Positions 8,112 to 17,920 are shown, numbered from the stretch's first letter. The stretch is DNA of 64,000 nucleotides from an uncultured Chloroflexia bacterium (GCA_963847595.1 CAWKAJ010000001.1:759263-823262), one strand, 5' to 3'. Notes: generated by a model from the letters alone, not told the origin. Numbers and translations are program-made.

Positions 8112-9502
8112 CAATGGAAACCATTTTTTTGGAGCGATGGCTTCATAACATAATGAGACAAAGCCTCAAAGATGATGGTGAATATCGCCAATTCATAGGT
8201 AAGGATAGCCTGGCTGACATCACAAGCTCTGACGTACAAGATTTTCAACTTTACAAGCTTAAAAGAATCTTGAACTATGCATATGACAAAAGCCCCTTTT
8301 ATCATGATTTGTTTACTCGAGATGGAGTCAACCCCAATGACATCTTATCCCTGGATGCCCTGGCCAAAGTCCCCTTTACTGAGCCTTCATACATATCCAA
8401 GAACCCATATAACTTCTCATGCGTTTCTCTGGGCGAGATTGCTCGGTCAACTGTTTTCACCACATCAGGCACCACTGGCCCCCGGAAGAAGGTCTTCTGG
8501 ACCAAAGGCGACCTGGAGACAATAACTGATTTTATGGGAGCGGGCATGAAGTCATGCGTTGTGAGTGACGATGTGGTTCAAATAATGCTACGCAGTGGAA
8601 GACCAAATAGCTGCGCCGAGTTACTTGCCAGAGGTCTGGAGAAAGTGGGCGCTTTCCCCGTAATATCTGATATTTCTTTGGGCGCCGAGGAACACATCAG
8701 AGCCATTGAAGAGCATCATCCCGATGTCTTGTTTGGACGCACCGCCAGCCTTTATCGAATGAGCAAAGAAGCACAAGAGAAACACGATTTGGCCGGAATG
8801 GGGCTGAAGGCAGTCTTCGTTACTTCTGGTTATTTGTCAGAAACGATGAGAAAAGAGCTGGAAAACATTTGGGATTGCCCCGTCTTTGTCCATTACGGAC
8901 TTAACGAGATGGGCATGGCGGTTGCTGTAGAGTGTGAGGCACACCAAGGCTACCATTATGACCAGGCAGACTTCTTGGTAGAGGTAGTAGACCCATGGAC
9001 TGGTGCTACATTAGACAAGGATAAGAAAGGCGAACTCGTTATTACCACTCTCAGTAGAGAGGCGATGCCACTGATTAGATACAGAACAAACGATATTTCC
9101 TGCCTGCTAGGGAGCCCATGTGAGTGCGGATCTTCTACCCTGCAAAGGATAGGGAAGATCATCAAGAACATTGGTACAACCGTAAAAATAGGGGAAGATG
9201 TAGAGATTTTCCCATCGCTCTTCGAGGAGCTACTCTATTCCTACTCCGATGTTATCGATTATCGGGTAATTGTTAGCCGGATGGACGGTAAAGACGTCCT
9301 TACTATTAAGGTTGAGGTGAATAGGCTGTCTGATGAGGTTCGCAAGACGATAAACGAAGTGATATTGAGAGCTGAACCAATAAAAAGGAGCTTGGAATCA
9401 GGGAACCTAGCTTTGCCGCGGATAGAGTTGGTAAACCAAGGAGAATTCGAGAGCTTTCTCAGGACTAGAAGACCCATTATAGACGAGCGAACACATTTCT
9501 AA
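8102..9502 (+). CDS. Phenylacetate-CoA ligase / coenzyme F390 synthetase-like adenylate-forming enzyme
   Basis: TTSGTTGPRKKVFWT AMP-binding motif and ~465 aa PaaK-like length. The start overlaps the radical SAM stop by 10 nt. Confidence 0.85.
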   Translation: MSLAMETIFLERWLHNIMRQSLKDDGEYRQFIGKDSLADITSSDVQDFQLYKLKRILNYAYDKSPFYHDLFTRDGVNPNDILSLDALAKVPFTEPSYISKNPYNFSCVSLGEIARSTVFTTSGTTGPRKKVFWTKGDLETITDFMGAGMKSCVVSDDVVQIMLRSGRPNSCAELLARGLEKVGAFPVISDISLGAEEHIRAIEEHHPDVLFGRTASLYRMSKEAQEKHDLAGMGLKAVFVTSGYLSETMRKELENIWDCPVFVHYGLNEMGMAVAVECEAHQGYHYDQADFLVEVVDPWTGATLDKDKKGELVITTLSREAMPLIRYRTNDISCLLGSPCECGSSTLQRIGKIIKNIGTTVKIGEDVEIFPSLFEELLYSYSDVIDYRVIVSRMDGKDVLTIKVEVNRLSDEVRKTINEVILRAEPIKRSLESGNLALPRIELVNQGEFESFLRTRRPIIDERTHF

Positions 9503-9517
9503 GCATCCTCCCCCCAA

Positions 9518-11053
9518 TTAGTCGTCTTTCTTCGGAGCACGTATTCGCACTGGTAATATGACAAGCGTAATGATAGCGACCACAGCCATAACAACTGCAG
9601 CTACCACCAATGCATGTACCATGCCAGATGTAAATGCCATTCTGGCTTCATTATTAATCATCGTTGACAATTGAGCATCGTGAACATTTTGGGCGGCAAT
9701 TTGGGCTTCCTGGACGCCGCTGCGAATTACCTCAATAACCCGGGCAGGTAGTTGAACCGGCCAATTAACTTTATTAATGCTGGCTATATAGGTGGAATTC
9801 ATCAAGGTGCCGAGTACTGCCACTCCCAAGGCACCGCCGACCTGACGGGTCGTGTTATTCATGGCCGAGCCAACGCCGGCTTGACTGACGGGGATTGACC
9901 CCATGATAGAGTTCGTAGCCGGGCTCATCACCAAACCCATACCAAGGGACGAGATAATTGCACCGAGCACAAACTGCCCGTAATTGGTGTTCACGGCTAG
10001 AATCCGGGAGAAGTAGAAAAAGCCTATGGCTGCGATAATGATGCCGAGGGCGACGGTGTATTTGGTGCCAACCCGCTGGGCAACCCGGGCCGATATCACG
10101 GCGGCGACAAAGAACGTCCCCGCCATAGGTAGCAGGCGTACTCCAGCTTGAAGTGGAGTATAACCTTGCACAGACAGCAGATACTGGCCCAGAAAGAAAA
10201 AACACCCCATTAAAGCGAATGCAACAAATGTCAAGGCTATATTGGCTCCGGTGAACGACATATTCTTGAAGAAGCCTAGAGGAAGCATGGCATTCTTGGT
10301 GCGGGCCTCCCATAAGGCGAAAACGGTGAACAGGACGGCCGCTACACCGAAGGCGAACAACACGTCGGGGGCAGTCCAGCCACCCACCCCTGCCTGGATA
10401 ATGGCATACACCAAGGCTAAAAGTCCGGAAATCGAGAGAATGACGCCGGGGACATCGGTTTTCCTCGGGTTCTCGGCTTTGGAATTTTCGATGAAAAACT
10501 GCCCGCCGATGAGTGCTATGATTACGATAGGTATATTCACGTAGAAAATTGAACTCCAACTGAAATGCTCTAGAAGAGCCCCCGCAATGAGAGGCCCGAT
10601 ACCCAATCCAAGCCCGTAAACCGCTGACCAGATGGCAATGGCTTGGGCACGCTCTTTCGGATTGCGGAACGTGGCGGTCAGAATCGAAAGGCTAGATGGC
10701 ATAATTGCGGCAGCACCCACACCCATCAAGGCCCGCATAATGATAAGGTTATCCGTGGACTTGGCAAGTGCGGCGCCCAGCGAGAAGAAGCCAAATATCA
10801 CCAAACCGACCTGCAAAATTCTTTTCCGACCGAACCTGTCACCGATCGAACCGGTTGTCAGCAGTAATGCTGCATAAAACAGGATGTAGGCATCCACAAT
10901 CCATTGAAGCCCACTCGCACTGGCTCCAAGATCCTTAGCAATGGACGTCAGGGCCAAGTTCACCACAGTGTTATCCACCGAGATAATAAACAGTGAAAGC
11001 GTTAAAAAGCCGAGCGCGATCCATCTTCTCCGGTATCCTTTACTTTGTTCCAT
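9518..11053 (-). CDS. MFS transporter, DHA2 (EmrB/QacA-like, 14-TMS) family
   Basis: 511 aa with about 14 hydrophobic segments and a GDRFGRKR motif. Confidence 0.9.
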   Translation of the reverse strand: MEQSKGYRRRWIALGFLTLSLFIISVDNTVVNLALTSIAKDLGASASGLQWIVDAYILFYAALLLTTGSIGDRFGRKRILQVGLVIFGFFSLGAALAKSTDNLIIMRALMGVGAAAIMPSSLSILTATFRNPKERAQAIAIWSAVYGLGLGIGPLIAGALLEHFSWSSIFYVNIPIVIIALIGGQFFIENSKAENPRKTDVPGVILSISGLLALVYAIIQAGVGGWTAPDVLFAFGVAAVLFTVFALWEARTKNAMLPLGFFKNMSFTGANIALTFVAFALMGCFFFLGQYLLSVQGYTPLQAGVRLLPMAGTFFVAAVISARVAQRVGTKYTVALGIIIAAIGFFYFSRILAVNTNYGQFVLGAIISSLGMGLVMSPATNSIMGSIPVSQAGVGSAMNNTTRQVGGALGVAVLGTLMNSTYIASINKVNWPVQLPARVIEVIRSGVQEAQIAAQNVHDAQLSTMINNEARMAFTSGMVHALVVAAVVMAVVAIITLVILPVRIRAPKKDD

Positions 11054-11104
11054 TACTCGACCTCCGATTCTTTCTCCATAATTATTGAAAGAGACATTAT
11101 AATA

Positions 11105-11116
11105 GTAAGTACTTAC
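11105..11116. promoter_or_regulatory. Perfect 12-bp palindrome GTAAGTACTTAC, candidate TetR operator upstream of the MFS gene
   Basis: Lies between the TetR stop and the MFS start. Related to the palindrome at 11817-11838. Confidence 0.5.
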
Positions 11117-11175
11117 AAAGATATTTTCTTATTAAAAAAGGATGCTTCAATACGCAACCCTATTGTCATCCTGTT

Positions 11176-11805
11176 CTATTTTTTGCTCAGGCCCCTCAAG
11201 AAGATGCTAACCAGTGTTTCCACCACTTCATCATCCGAAAAAGGCAGCGTCGGGCCGGTTATTACCGCCGCTTGATCGGCTATATACATGAAGACTGTCT
11301 CTACAAACAGCCGTGCCGCAATCTCAGCATTGGTTTCGACGAACGCTCCTTCGTCAGTCCTTTTCTGGATATATCCGGTTATCAGGGTGAGCATGGAAGG
11401 ACCGGTTTCATCTCCATGGGTAAGGTCCCCGAAGTATCTACCTTCAAGAGAGCTGTAAATCGCCAGCTTCATGATTCTGGGGTCTTCCCGGTTGCGCTTA
11501 ATTAGGTGCAAGGCAATCGTCTGGAAGAAGTCAGCGTCATCGTCTGACTGTTCCAGGTGTGCTTTCAGCTCGACGCTGACCGGATGAGAGTGGAACAGTA
11601 CGGCTAATGCTGCCCGAATCAGGCCATCCTTGGTCTTGAAATGCTGGAAGATAAGAGTTTCGCTGATACCGACGGCCTCGGCTATTTCGTGAGTCCGGGT
11701 GTTGGCAAATCCTTTTTCGGCAAAGAGCGTCAGGGCGGTATCGATAATTTGGGCCCTTCTGTCCTCGCCGCTGAGGCGTTCCCTTCTCCGATTCTCTGGT
11801 TTCAT
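11176..11805 (-). CDS. TetR/AcrR family transcriptional regulator
   Basis: N-terminal HTH (ALTLFAEKGFANTRTHEIAEAVGISETLIFQHF). Confidence 0.9.
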   Translation of the reverse strand: MKPENRRRERLSGEDRRAQIIDTALTLFAEKGFANTRTHEIAEAVGISETLIFQHFKTKDGLIRAALAVLFHSHPVSVELKAHLEQSDDDADFFQTIALHLIKRNREDPRIMKLAIYSSLEGRYFGDLTHGDETGPSMLTLITGYIQKRTDEGAFVETNAEIAARLFVETVFMYIADQAAVITGPTLPFSDDEVVETLVSIFLRGLSKK

Positions 11806-11816
11806 CGCTCACCCTA

Positions 11817-11838
11817 TATTAGTAACTACTTACTAATA
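11817..11838. promoter_or_regulatory. Inverted repeat TATTAGTAA-ctac-TTACTAATA, candidate TetR autoregulatory operator
   Basis: 9-bp perfect arms, 12 nt upstream of the TetR start codon. Confidence 0.55.
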
Positions 11839-12002
11839 TTATGACCACAGGCAAAGCATTTGTCAATGTTGAACGTAGCGAGTTGAACAAAACTGAAGAT
11901 TGTGCACCGTGACTCGATTGTGTCACACATATCGTTATAAAGTGTGGTATATTGGTGGAGTGAGCACCCCGCAACCTCTTATAGCTGATAAAGGATGCTG
12001 AA

Positions 12003-13928
12003 GTGACAGCGCAATGCGGATATGCCGGCAAAATCCTGAGAGTTGACTTATCCTCGGGAAACATAAGCCTTATGTCAACTACGGACTATGCCGGGAGGTT
12101 TCTGGGCGGCAGGGGCATCGCAGCCAAAATCTACTGGGATGAGGTGTCACCGCAGGTCAAGGCCTTCGACCCCGAAAACCGGCTGATATTTGCTACCGGG
12201 CCTCTGGCAGGGCTCAAAGGTGTGAGCGGCTCCAGATGGCAAATCTGCGGCAAGTCCGCCCTGACCAATCCCGAATACTTCAATTACTGCAATCTGGGCG
12301 GAAATTGGGGCGCCCAGCTCAAGCTTGCAGGCTACGATGCGCTGGTGATTCAGGGGAATTCGGAGAAACCAGTCTATATACTCATAGAGGATGAGAAGGT
12401 TCAAATCAGGGATGCCTCCGCTCTCTGGGGGAAAAGCACTATCGAAGCACGCGAAATCCTGAAACAGCAGTTGGGAGGCCAGGTAAGCGTTGTCGCCATC
12501 GGCCCCGCCGGAGAGAACCTGGTTACCTTCGCCTCTGTCCTTGCTGACAACGATGCCAGCGGTTCGAGCGGCCTCGGAGCCGTCATGGGTTCCAAAAAAC
12601 TCAAAGCAATAGCAACGAGAGGCAGTGGCAAGGTCAATATAGCTGACCCGCAAAGATACAGAGAGTTGGCACAATATGCCCGCAAACTGAGGCAGGGGAT
12701 CGGCATGGGCATAACGCCCGGCACAGACCAGGGCATGAAGCTGAAGAAAGACTATTGCTGGGGCTGCGCTGGCGGGTTCTGCTTCAGAGGAATTTATAAA
12801 GCATCCGATGGCAAAGCGGGCAAATTCATGTGCGGCTCAGCGACCTTCTACATCCTGCGAGCGCGCAATTACTATGGCGAATGGAACGAGGTGCCTTTCC
12901 TCGCCAGCAGGCTTTGCAACGAATACGGCGTCGACACTCACCAGATGGACACCATGATGCAGTGGCTCTCCAAATGCCACCAGGCGGGCATCCTGACCGA
13001 TGAGAGCACAGGCATACCTCTTTCCCGGCAGGGCAGTCTGGAGTTCATAGAAAGCCTGGTGAAAAAGATTGCGCTGCGGGATGGCATCGGAGACATCTTA
13101 GCTCAAGGACACTGGCGGGCTGCCGATGCCATAGGACGCGGGGCAAAAGAGTTGCTCACTGACTACATTACAGATACCGGCCACTTCGCCCTGATCGAGA
13201 ACCCCAGGATGTATATCACTACGGGGCTGCTTTACGCTATGGAGCCGAGGCAGCCCATGAACCAGTTGAATGAGATGGGCTCTCTAAACTTATGGCTTAT
13301 GTGGGTATATAAGCAAGATGGGGCATTTGTCTCCAACGACGTGTTCCGCGCCATCGGCAAGAGATTGTTGGGGAGCGAGGCTGCGGTGGATTTCACAACC
13401 TATAAGGGGAAGGCGCTGGCGGCGAAGATGATACAGGACCGCGAATGCGCCAAGGAGAGCCTGATCCTGTGCAGCTATCTGTTCCCCGTTATGTTCTCCA
13501 GGCAAACCGAAGACCATGCAGGCGATCCCGGTCTGGAAAGTAAGATACTCTCTGCGGTGACGGGAGATGATGTAGACGAGGCAGGCCTTTACCGTATAGG
13601 GGAACGGATATTCAACGTGCAAAGGGCGATACTTGCCAGGGAAGGCCATAGAGGGAGAGACTACGATAGAATTTCCGACTATAATTTCACCAAGCCCCTT
13701 AAATTCGATTTGCACAATCCCGAATTGCTGTCCCCCGGGAAAGGCGACAAGGTAGTAAGCAAAAAAGGCGCCGTGCTCGACAGGGATAAGTTCGAGAGAT
13801 TGAAGGATGAATACTATAGCCTTAGAGGCTGGGATATTAGCACAGGCCTGCAGACGCGAGCTAAGCTCAATGAACTCGGGATAAGCGATATGGTGCCGGA
13901 TCTGGAGCGAAGAGGGCTCGTAATGTGA
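12003..13928 (+). CDS. Aldehyde:ferredoxin oxidoreductase (AOR) family tungsto/molybdopterin enzyme
   Basis: N-terminus GYAGKILRVDLSSG...GGRGIAAKI and 641 aa length are typical of the AOR family. GTG start. Confidence 0.9.
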   Translation: MTAQCGYAGKILRVDLSSGNISLMSTTDYAGRFLGGRGIAAKIYWDEVSPQVKAFDPENRLIFATGPLAGLKGVSGSRWQICGKSALTNPEYFNYCNLGGNWGAQLKLAGYDALVIQGNSEKPVYILIEDEKVQIRDASALWGKSTIEAREILKQQLGGQVSVVAIGPAGENLVTFASVLADNDASGSSGLGAVMGSKKLKAIATRGSGKVNIADPQRYRELAQYARKLRQGIGMGITPGTDQGMKLKKDYCWGCAGGFCFRGIYKASDGKAGKFMCGSATFYILRARNYYGEWNEVPFLASRLCNEYGVDTHQMDTMMQWLSKCHQAGILTDESTGIPLSRQGSLEFIESLVKKIALRDGIGDILAQGHWRAADAIGRGAKELLTDYITDTGHFALIENPRMYITTGLLYAMEPRQPMNQLNEMGSLNLWLMWVYKQDGAFVSNDVFRAIGKRLLGSEAAVDFTTYKGKALAAKMIQDRECAKESLILCSYLFPVMFSRQTEDHAGDPGLESKILSAVTGDDVDEAGLYRIGERIFNVQRAILAREGHRGRDYDRISDYNFTKPLKFDLHNPELLSPGKGDKVVSKKGAVLDRDKFERLKDEYYSLRGWDISTGLQTRAKLNELGISDMVPDLERRGLVM

Positions 13929-13970
13929 TGCCTGGCAAACAGAGACGCTGAAGATTTAAGGAGGCATGAA

Positions 13971-14312
13971 ATGGAGAGATGGCTTCTCACTGTGGAGAGC
14001 AATTGCTGTGACCCCTCAAGGGAGAATGAGTTCAACGACTGGTATGACAACGTCCACCTGCCGGATATCCTGGAGACGCCGGGGTTCCTGCGCGCTGTAC
14101 GTTATGAAAATACCAGCCCGGCAGAAGGACAGGGGAAGTTCATTGCCATGTACGAGATTGAAACTGACGACCTGGCGAGTACACTGGCTAAATTCGACGA
14201 AATCGTCAATGCCAGAGCAAAGCAAGGTCGCATGAGCGATTTAGTGATGGCCGTAGGGGGAGGTCTTTACCGTCAGGTAGGCGCTCCCGTAAAAAGGAAG
14301 AAAAAGAAGTAG
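13971..14312 (+). CDS. Dimeric alpha/beta-barrel (EthD/DUF4286-like) protein
   Basis: ~110 aa with FNDWYDNVHLPDIL...FLRAVRYE. AAGGAGG RBS. Confidence 0.55.
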   Translation: MERWLLTVESNCCDPSRENEFNDWYDNVHLPDILETPGFLRAVRYENTSPAEGQGKFIAMYEIETDDLASTLAKFDEIVNARAKQGRMSDLVMAVGGGLYRQVGAPVKRKKKK

Positions 14313-14481
14313 AGGCTTCAGCCTTAATCCTTATCAATCATGCTGCAAATCAAGGACACCGGCATTTCAGCTACTTCTCTACAACCCTTCTCACTGATTT
14401 CATGGAATTGACAGAGGTCACCTGTGCGCTTAAGCTGTCCCTGACCGAGATACATCCAGAATACCGTTAAGAGGCTGAACG

Positions 14482-15522
14482 ATGAGAGTAATCTATCCTG
14501 CGCAGACATTCAGAGAAATCCCTGAATCAATGATAATAAAGCAATCCGACGACGCCTGGCACCCATTGAAAGACCGCAACTATGTCGAATGGTGGTACTT
14601 CGATGTGATGAACGGAGATGGAAGCATTATCAGGGGCCAATTCTACCTCTCCGGCGATATTACCCGACCCCGCAGGGTAATAACAGGTGTTCGAGCCACC
14701 TATGTTGCGCCTGATGGAACAGAGATTCCTATAGAAAAGAAATTCCCCTATTCCTCCTTCAAAGCGTCCACAGAATCCTGCGAGGTAGAGATCGGCAAGA
14801 ACTTCATTAAAGGAGACCTTTCACACTATTCGCTCCATATCGAGGACAGCGAAAAGTCCCTCGACTTGGAGCTTGACTCCAGGATAAGGGGCTTCACCAG
14901 CTATGCCTGCTTCGGAGATGAGATAAAGTGCATGTATTGGGTCGTCCCCCAGCCACGGGGCCATGCCCAGGGAACCTTCAAGACTAAGGAAAAGGCTTTC
15001 AGCATAGATGGATTGGGCTACCGCGACCACAACTGGCTGAATTTCTATCCCTTGAACACTATCGAGTATTGGGATTGGGGCAGGGTCTATGATAAAGAAT
15101 TCACCTTTATCTTTGCGGACATCGTTACAACCAAAAGACTTAAGAATGCTCATATAAAGCCTTTGGTTATTTATGATTCATCCAGGCTGATCTACGTCAC
15201 CAATGAATCTAGCAAGTGGAGCCTTGACAAGGTGGATATCAAGCTCGATCCCGACACAAAGCTAGCACTTCCCGAGCGACATCTAGTAAAGGCTCAGGAT
15301 AAAGATTTATCCCTCGAGTTGAATTTGCATCTGGAGAAGGTCTTTCAGAGAATAGACCTCCTGGCAGACTACAACCCGATAGTGAGATGGTTAATCCGTA
15401 CCTTCAAGGCAAAACCCTCGGTAACATCCTACTTCTCCACAGGCTCAGGAAAGTTGAACCTTGCCGGGCGACAAAGCGCTTTGACCTGCACCGCAGTGCA
15501 TGAGCTTGTCCGAAACATCTGA
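14482..15522 (+). CDS. CrtC/AttH-like (carotenoid 1,2-hydratase-like lipocalin fold) protein
   Basis: VEWWYFDV motif near the N-terminus. 346 aa. Confidence 0.55.
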   Translation: MRVIYPAQTFREIPESMIIKQSDDAWHPLKDRNYVEWWYFDVMNGDGSIIRGQFYLSGDITRPRRVITGVRATYVAPDGTEIPIEKKFPYSSFKASTESCEVEIGKNFIKGDLSHYSLHIEDSEKSLDLELDSRIRGFTSYACFGDEIKCMYWVVPQPRGHAQGTFKTKEKAFSIDGLGYRDHNWLNFYPLNTIEYWDWGRVYDKEFTFIFADIVTTKRLKNAHIKPLVIYDSSRLIYVTNESSKWSLDKVDIKLDPDTKLALPERHLVKAQDKDLSLELNLHLEKVFQRIDLLADYNPIVRWLIRTFKAKPSVTSYFSTGSGKLNLAGRQSALTCTAVHELVRNI

Positions 15523-15658
15523 GCGCTCAACCTTCTCGTTCTCCTTTTCGCACTTTGCAGCTCGATGAAGTTGCCCCGCTTCTATAAAGAAGGAGTTTGA
15601 CTACCTGGCAGCAGAGTATGTAGAATTACCTATCGAAGCAATCGGGCATGGAATTATT

Positions 15659-16558
15659 ATGTCTATGATGAACGGTCAGTCAAATGATGTTCCAGGCCCA
15701 GACCCCGAATTGATCATGAATGGTCTGGGTGACCCGGACATTCTCTGTTTCATCAACAGTCTGATTGACCAGAATAGCGACCTTGCAGGCAAACTCGAAC
15801 AGATAGATACCCTCATGAAGCTTGCAGAGGAGCAGTCAGAAACGGCCAGAGCAGAAGCCGATAGAATCATCGCTGAAGCTCAGCAAATGGCGGAACAGAG
15901 CACGCAAGAAAAGGTCTCGATAGCTCAGCAAAAGGCGCAGGAGATCATAAGAGCAGCAGAGGAACAGGCCAGCAGAATTATCTCAGAAGCAAGGCAAAAA
16001 GCCGAAGCTGCTGAATGGCAAGCCCGACAAATCCTGAATGCAGCGAAGGATAATGCCGAAAAAGAGGCGCTCCTTATCAGGCAAGAAGCACAACAGCTGC
16101 GACTGAAAAGCAAGCCGCTATCAGAAGGTGAGCCCCCCAAAACTTCTGAGGCTAACTCTGAGAAATCACATTCGAACTCGGGAGGCTTGGAAGTAAAGCA
16201 AGCCTTACTGCCATCCGGCCAGGAAGGCGGGGCCAAAGAGGAAATCTCGGAGCTTTACGACGGCACAGTAGAACTGGTCATCCCTCCACCCATAACGCCA
16301 ACGCGATTGCTCAAATTCGGCAGGCAATTGAGGCATACCCGGCAAATCAGGGTAGTAGGGCTGAACGGCTCATTGACACAGGGCATCAGGATCAGACTTT
16401 TCTTGCGAACCCGCATCCCGCTTCTTAAGGTTCTCGAAGCAATACCGGAGGTAGACAAAGTCTCAGGTGAACTCAAGAAGGCCGGCGCAGCACACAACCC
16501 CGCCCAAACAAGAGATGAACTGAGTGCAAAGACCATCCTGGTCCGCATCAAAAAGTGA
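15659..16558 (+). CDS. Coiled-coil protein with an Ala/Glu/Gln-rich repetitive centre and a basic C-terminal domain
   Basis: Repeated A-E-x-x-A-x-R-I-I-x-E-A-x-Q-K-A heptad-like units. No family recognised. Confidence 0.6.
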   Translation: MSMMNGQSNDVPGPDPELIMNGLGDPDILCFINSLIDQNSDLAGKLEQIDTLMKLAEEQSETARAEADRIIAEAQQMAEQSTQEKVSIAQQKAQEIIRAAEEQASRIISEARQKAEAAEWQARQILNAAKDNAEKEALLIRQEAQQLRLKSKPLSEGEPPKTSEANSEKSHSNSGGLEVKQALLPSGQEGGAKEEISELYDGTVELVIPPPITPTRLLKFGRQLRHTRQIRVVGLNGSLTQGIRIRLFLRTRIPLLKVLEAIPEVDKVSGELKKAGAAHNPAQTRDELSAKTILVRIKK

Positions 16559-16630
16559 CCCGCTGGCATTGAATCCTGAATGACTACTTTATTCCGTCGC
16601 CAGCTACAGCATGCCGACTCGCCATCCAGC

Positions 16631-16846
16631 CTAGTCCGGCATTTTCTTAGCCCCCGGCCATTTCCTGAAAGCATCTATTTCCTTTTGCAGGCTGGCGGCT
16701 AAGGGACGCCCATGAGAGGCAGCCAGCGACCTGTACATATCTATGGCAGTATCGGCCAGCTTGTCCTGAGCCCTCAGTATGAACACCGGCTCATCGGCTG
16801 CGATCTTGGGGATATTCAACTTGCCATATTTACCTGATACAGCCAT
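16631..16846 (-). CDS. Hypothetical protein (71 aa)
   Basis: Strong AAGGAGG RBS 6 nt before the ATG. Confidence 0.6.
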   Translation of the reverse strand: MAVSGKYGKLNIPKIAADEPVFILRAQDKLADTAIDMYRSLAASHGRPLAASLQKEIDAFRKWPGAKKMPD

Positions 16847-16890
16847 GACAACCTCCTTTCTCGTCTATTACTTGAGTCTCTCCCCCAGAC

Positions 16891-17570
16891 TCATCCGATC
16901 GCTTGCAACACCTTCCTGTAGTTTTTTAAGTTTCTAAACAGATAGTCCGGTTCACTGGCTGACAGCTTTCCCTCCGAGTGAAAACCGGTAGCTACGGCAA
17001 TTGTCATGGCATTGAGCTGTTTGCCGCTTTCCACATCCCGCAGAGAATCGCCGACTATGACTACATCCTACCCCTGAATTTCTTACCTGTTATACTCTCA
17101 GCCTTTTCCACCGCAAGCCTGACCATCCCAACCCGCGTCTGCGCTTCCGTTCCGTACACGGAGAATCTGAAATACTTGCCCAAACCGGTAGCACTCAATA
17201 CCCTCTCGACTATGCCTGCCGAACCACCCGTATATAACACAACGAAGTTATCGGTTTTAGATAGCTCCTCTAAAAGCCTTCTCGCCCCGGGAAGGATATG
17301 GCTGGATGCGTCTTGGGGCAGCCTTTCGCCAAAAATCCGCTCATAGTTTTCTAATAGTTCCCGGCTAAACCTACTGACCCTGTCTTCGGGTATGCCTTTC
17401 AACCTGGCCAGTTCGAGAAAAATATCAGTCAAACTTTTTCCCGCAAAATCGATATCCGTCAGCCTAGCATCTACGCCGAAAAACTTCTGGAATAGTTCTT
17501 GCGTAGCCTCGTCATGCACCGATATGAAATCTACCAGGGTTTGGTCCAGGTCGAAAATGACTAACTTCAC
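16891..17570 (-). pseudogene. HAD-superfamily hydrolase (phosphoglycolate phosphatase-like) with a 1-nt frameshift near 17068-17072
   Basis: N-terminal frame has VIFDLDQTLVDF (motif I) and ends at TAG 17061-17063. The other frame continues DVVIVGDSLRDV (motif IV) to TGA at 16891. The joined length is about 226 aa. Confidence 0.8.
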
Positions 17571-17679
17571 TTTAGGCCCAACGTGTCGAGAATGGTCTTG
17601 CCCATCGCCTCTGTCTCGGGATGACAGTGCCCTCCTCCGCCTCCATGCAGGTTGAGAATATGATAGATTGGCAGGCATT

Positions 17680-17728
17680 AAGAAGTCATAAAATGGCGTG
17701 AGAAAAAAGTTAAGAAATTATTACATTT
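17680..17728 (+). promoter_or_regulatory. Bipartite intergenic motif, copy C
   Basis: AAGAAGTCATAAAAT-N28-ACATTT. Lies about 110 nt upstream of the HAD start at 17570. Confidence 0.5.
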
Positions 17729-17791
17729 GCGATATGTAATTCTCAGTGAATGTCCAGAAGTATGCAGAAGGCAAATCGAGAAGCCCCATGA

Positions 17792-17920
17792 AGAGGCCGT
17801 GTGGTAAGGGGGAGTGCAGAGGGGCAAAGCCCCTTTGCCGAGGGCTTGGGGGTGTCCCCCAAACTTATAATTCCCCCAAGACTGGGGGACAGGGGGTTGA
17901 AAAATGGTTATGTAGATAAC
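17792..17920 (+). repeat. Triple-hairpin intergenic repeat, copy 2
   Basis: Same consensus as copy 1. Sits in the divergent intergenic region. Confidence 0.9.
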
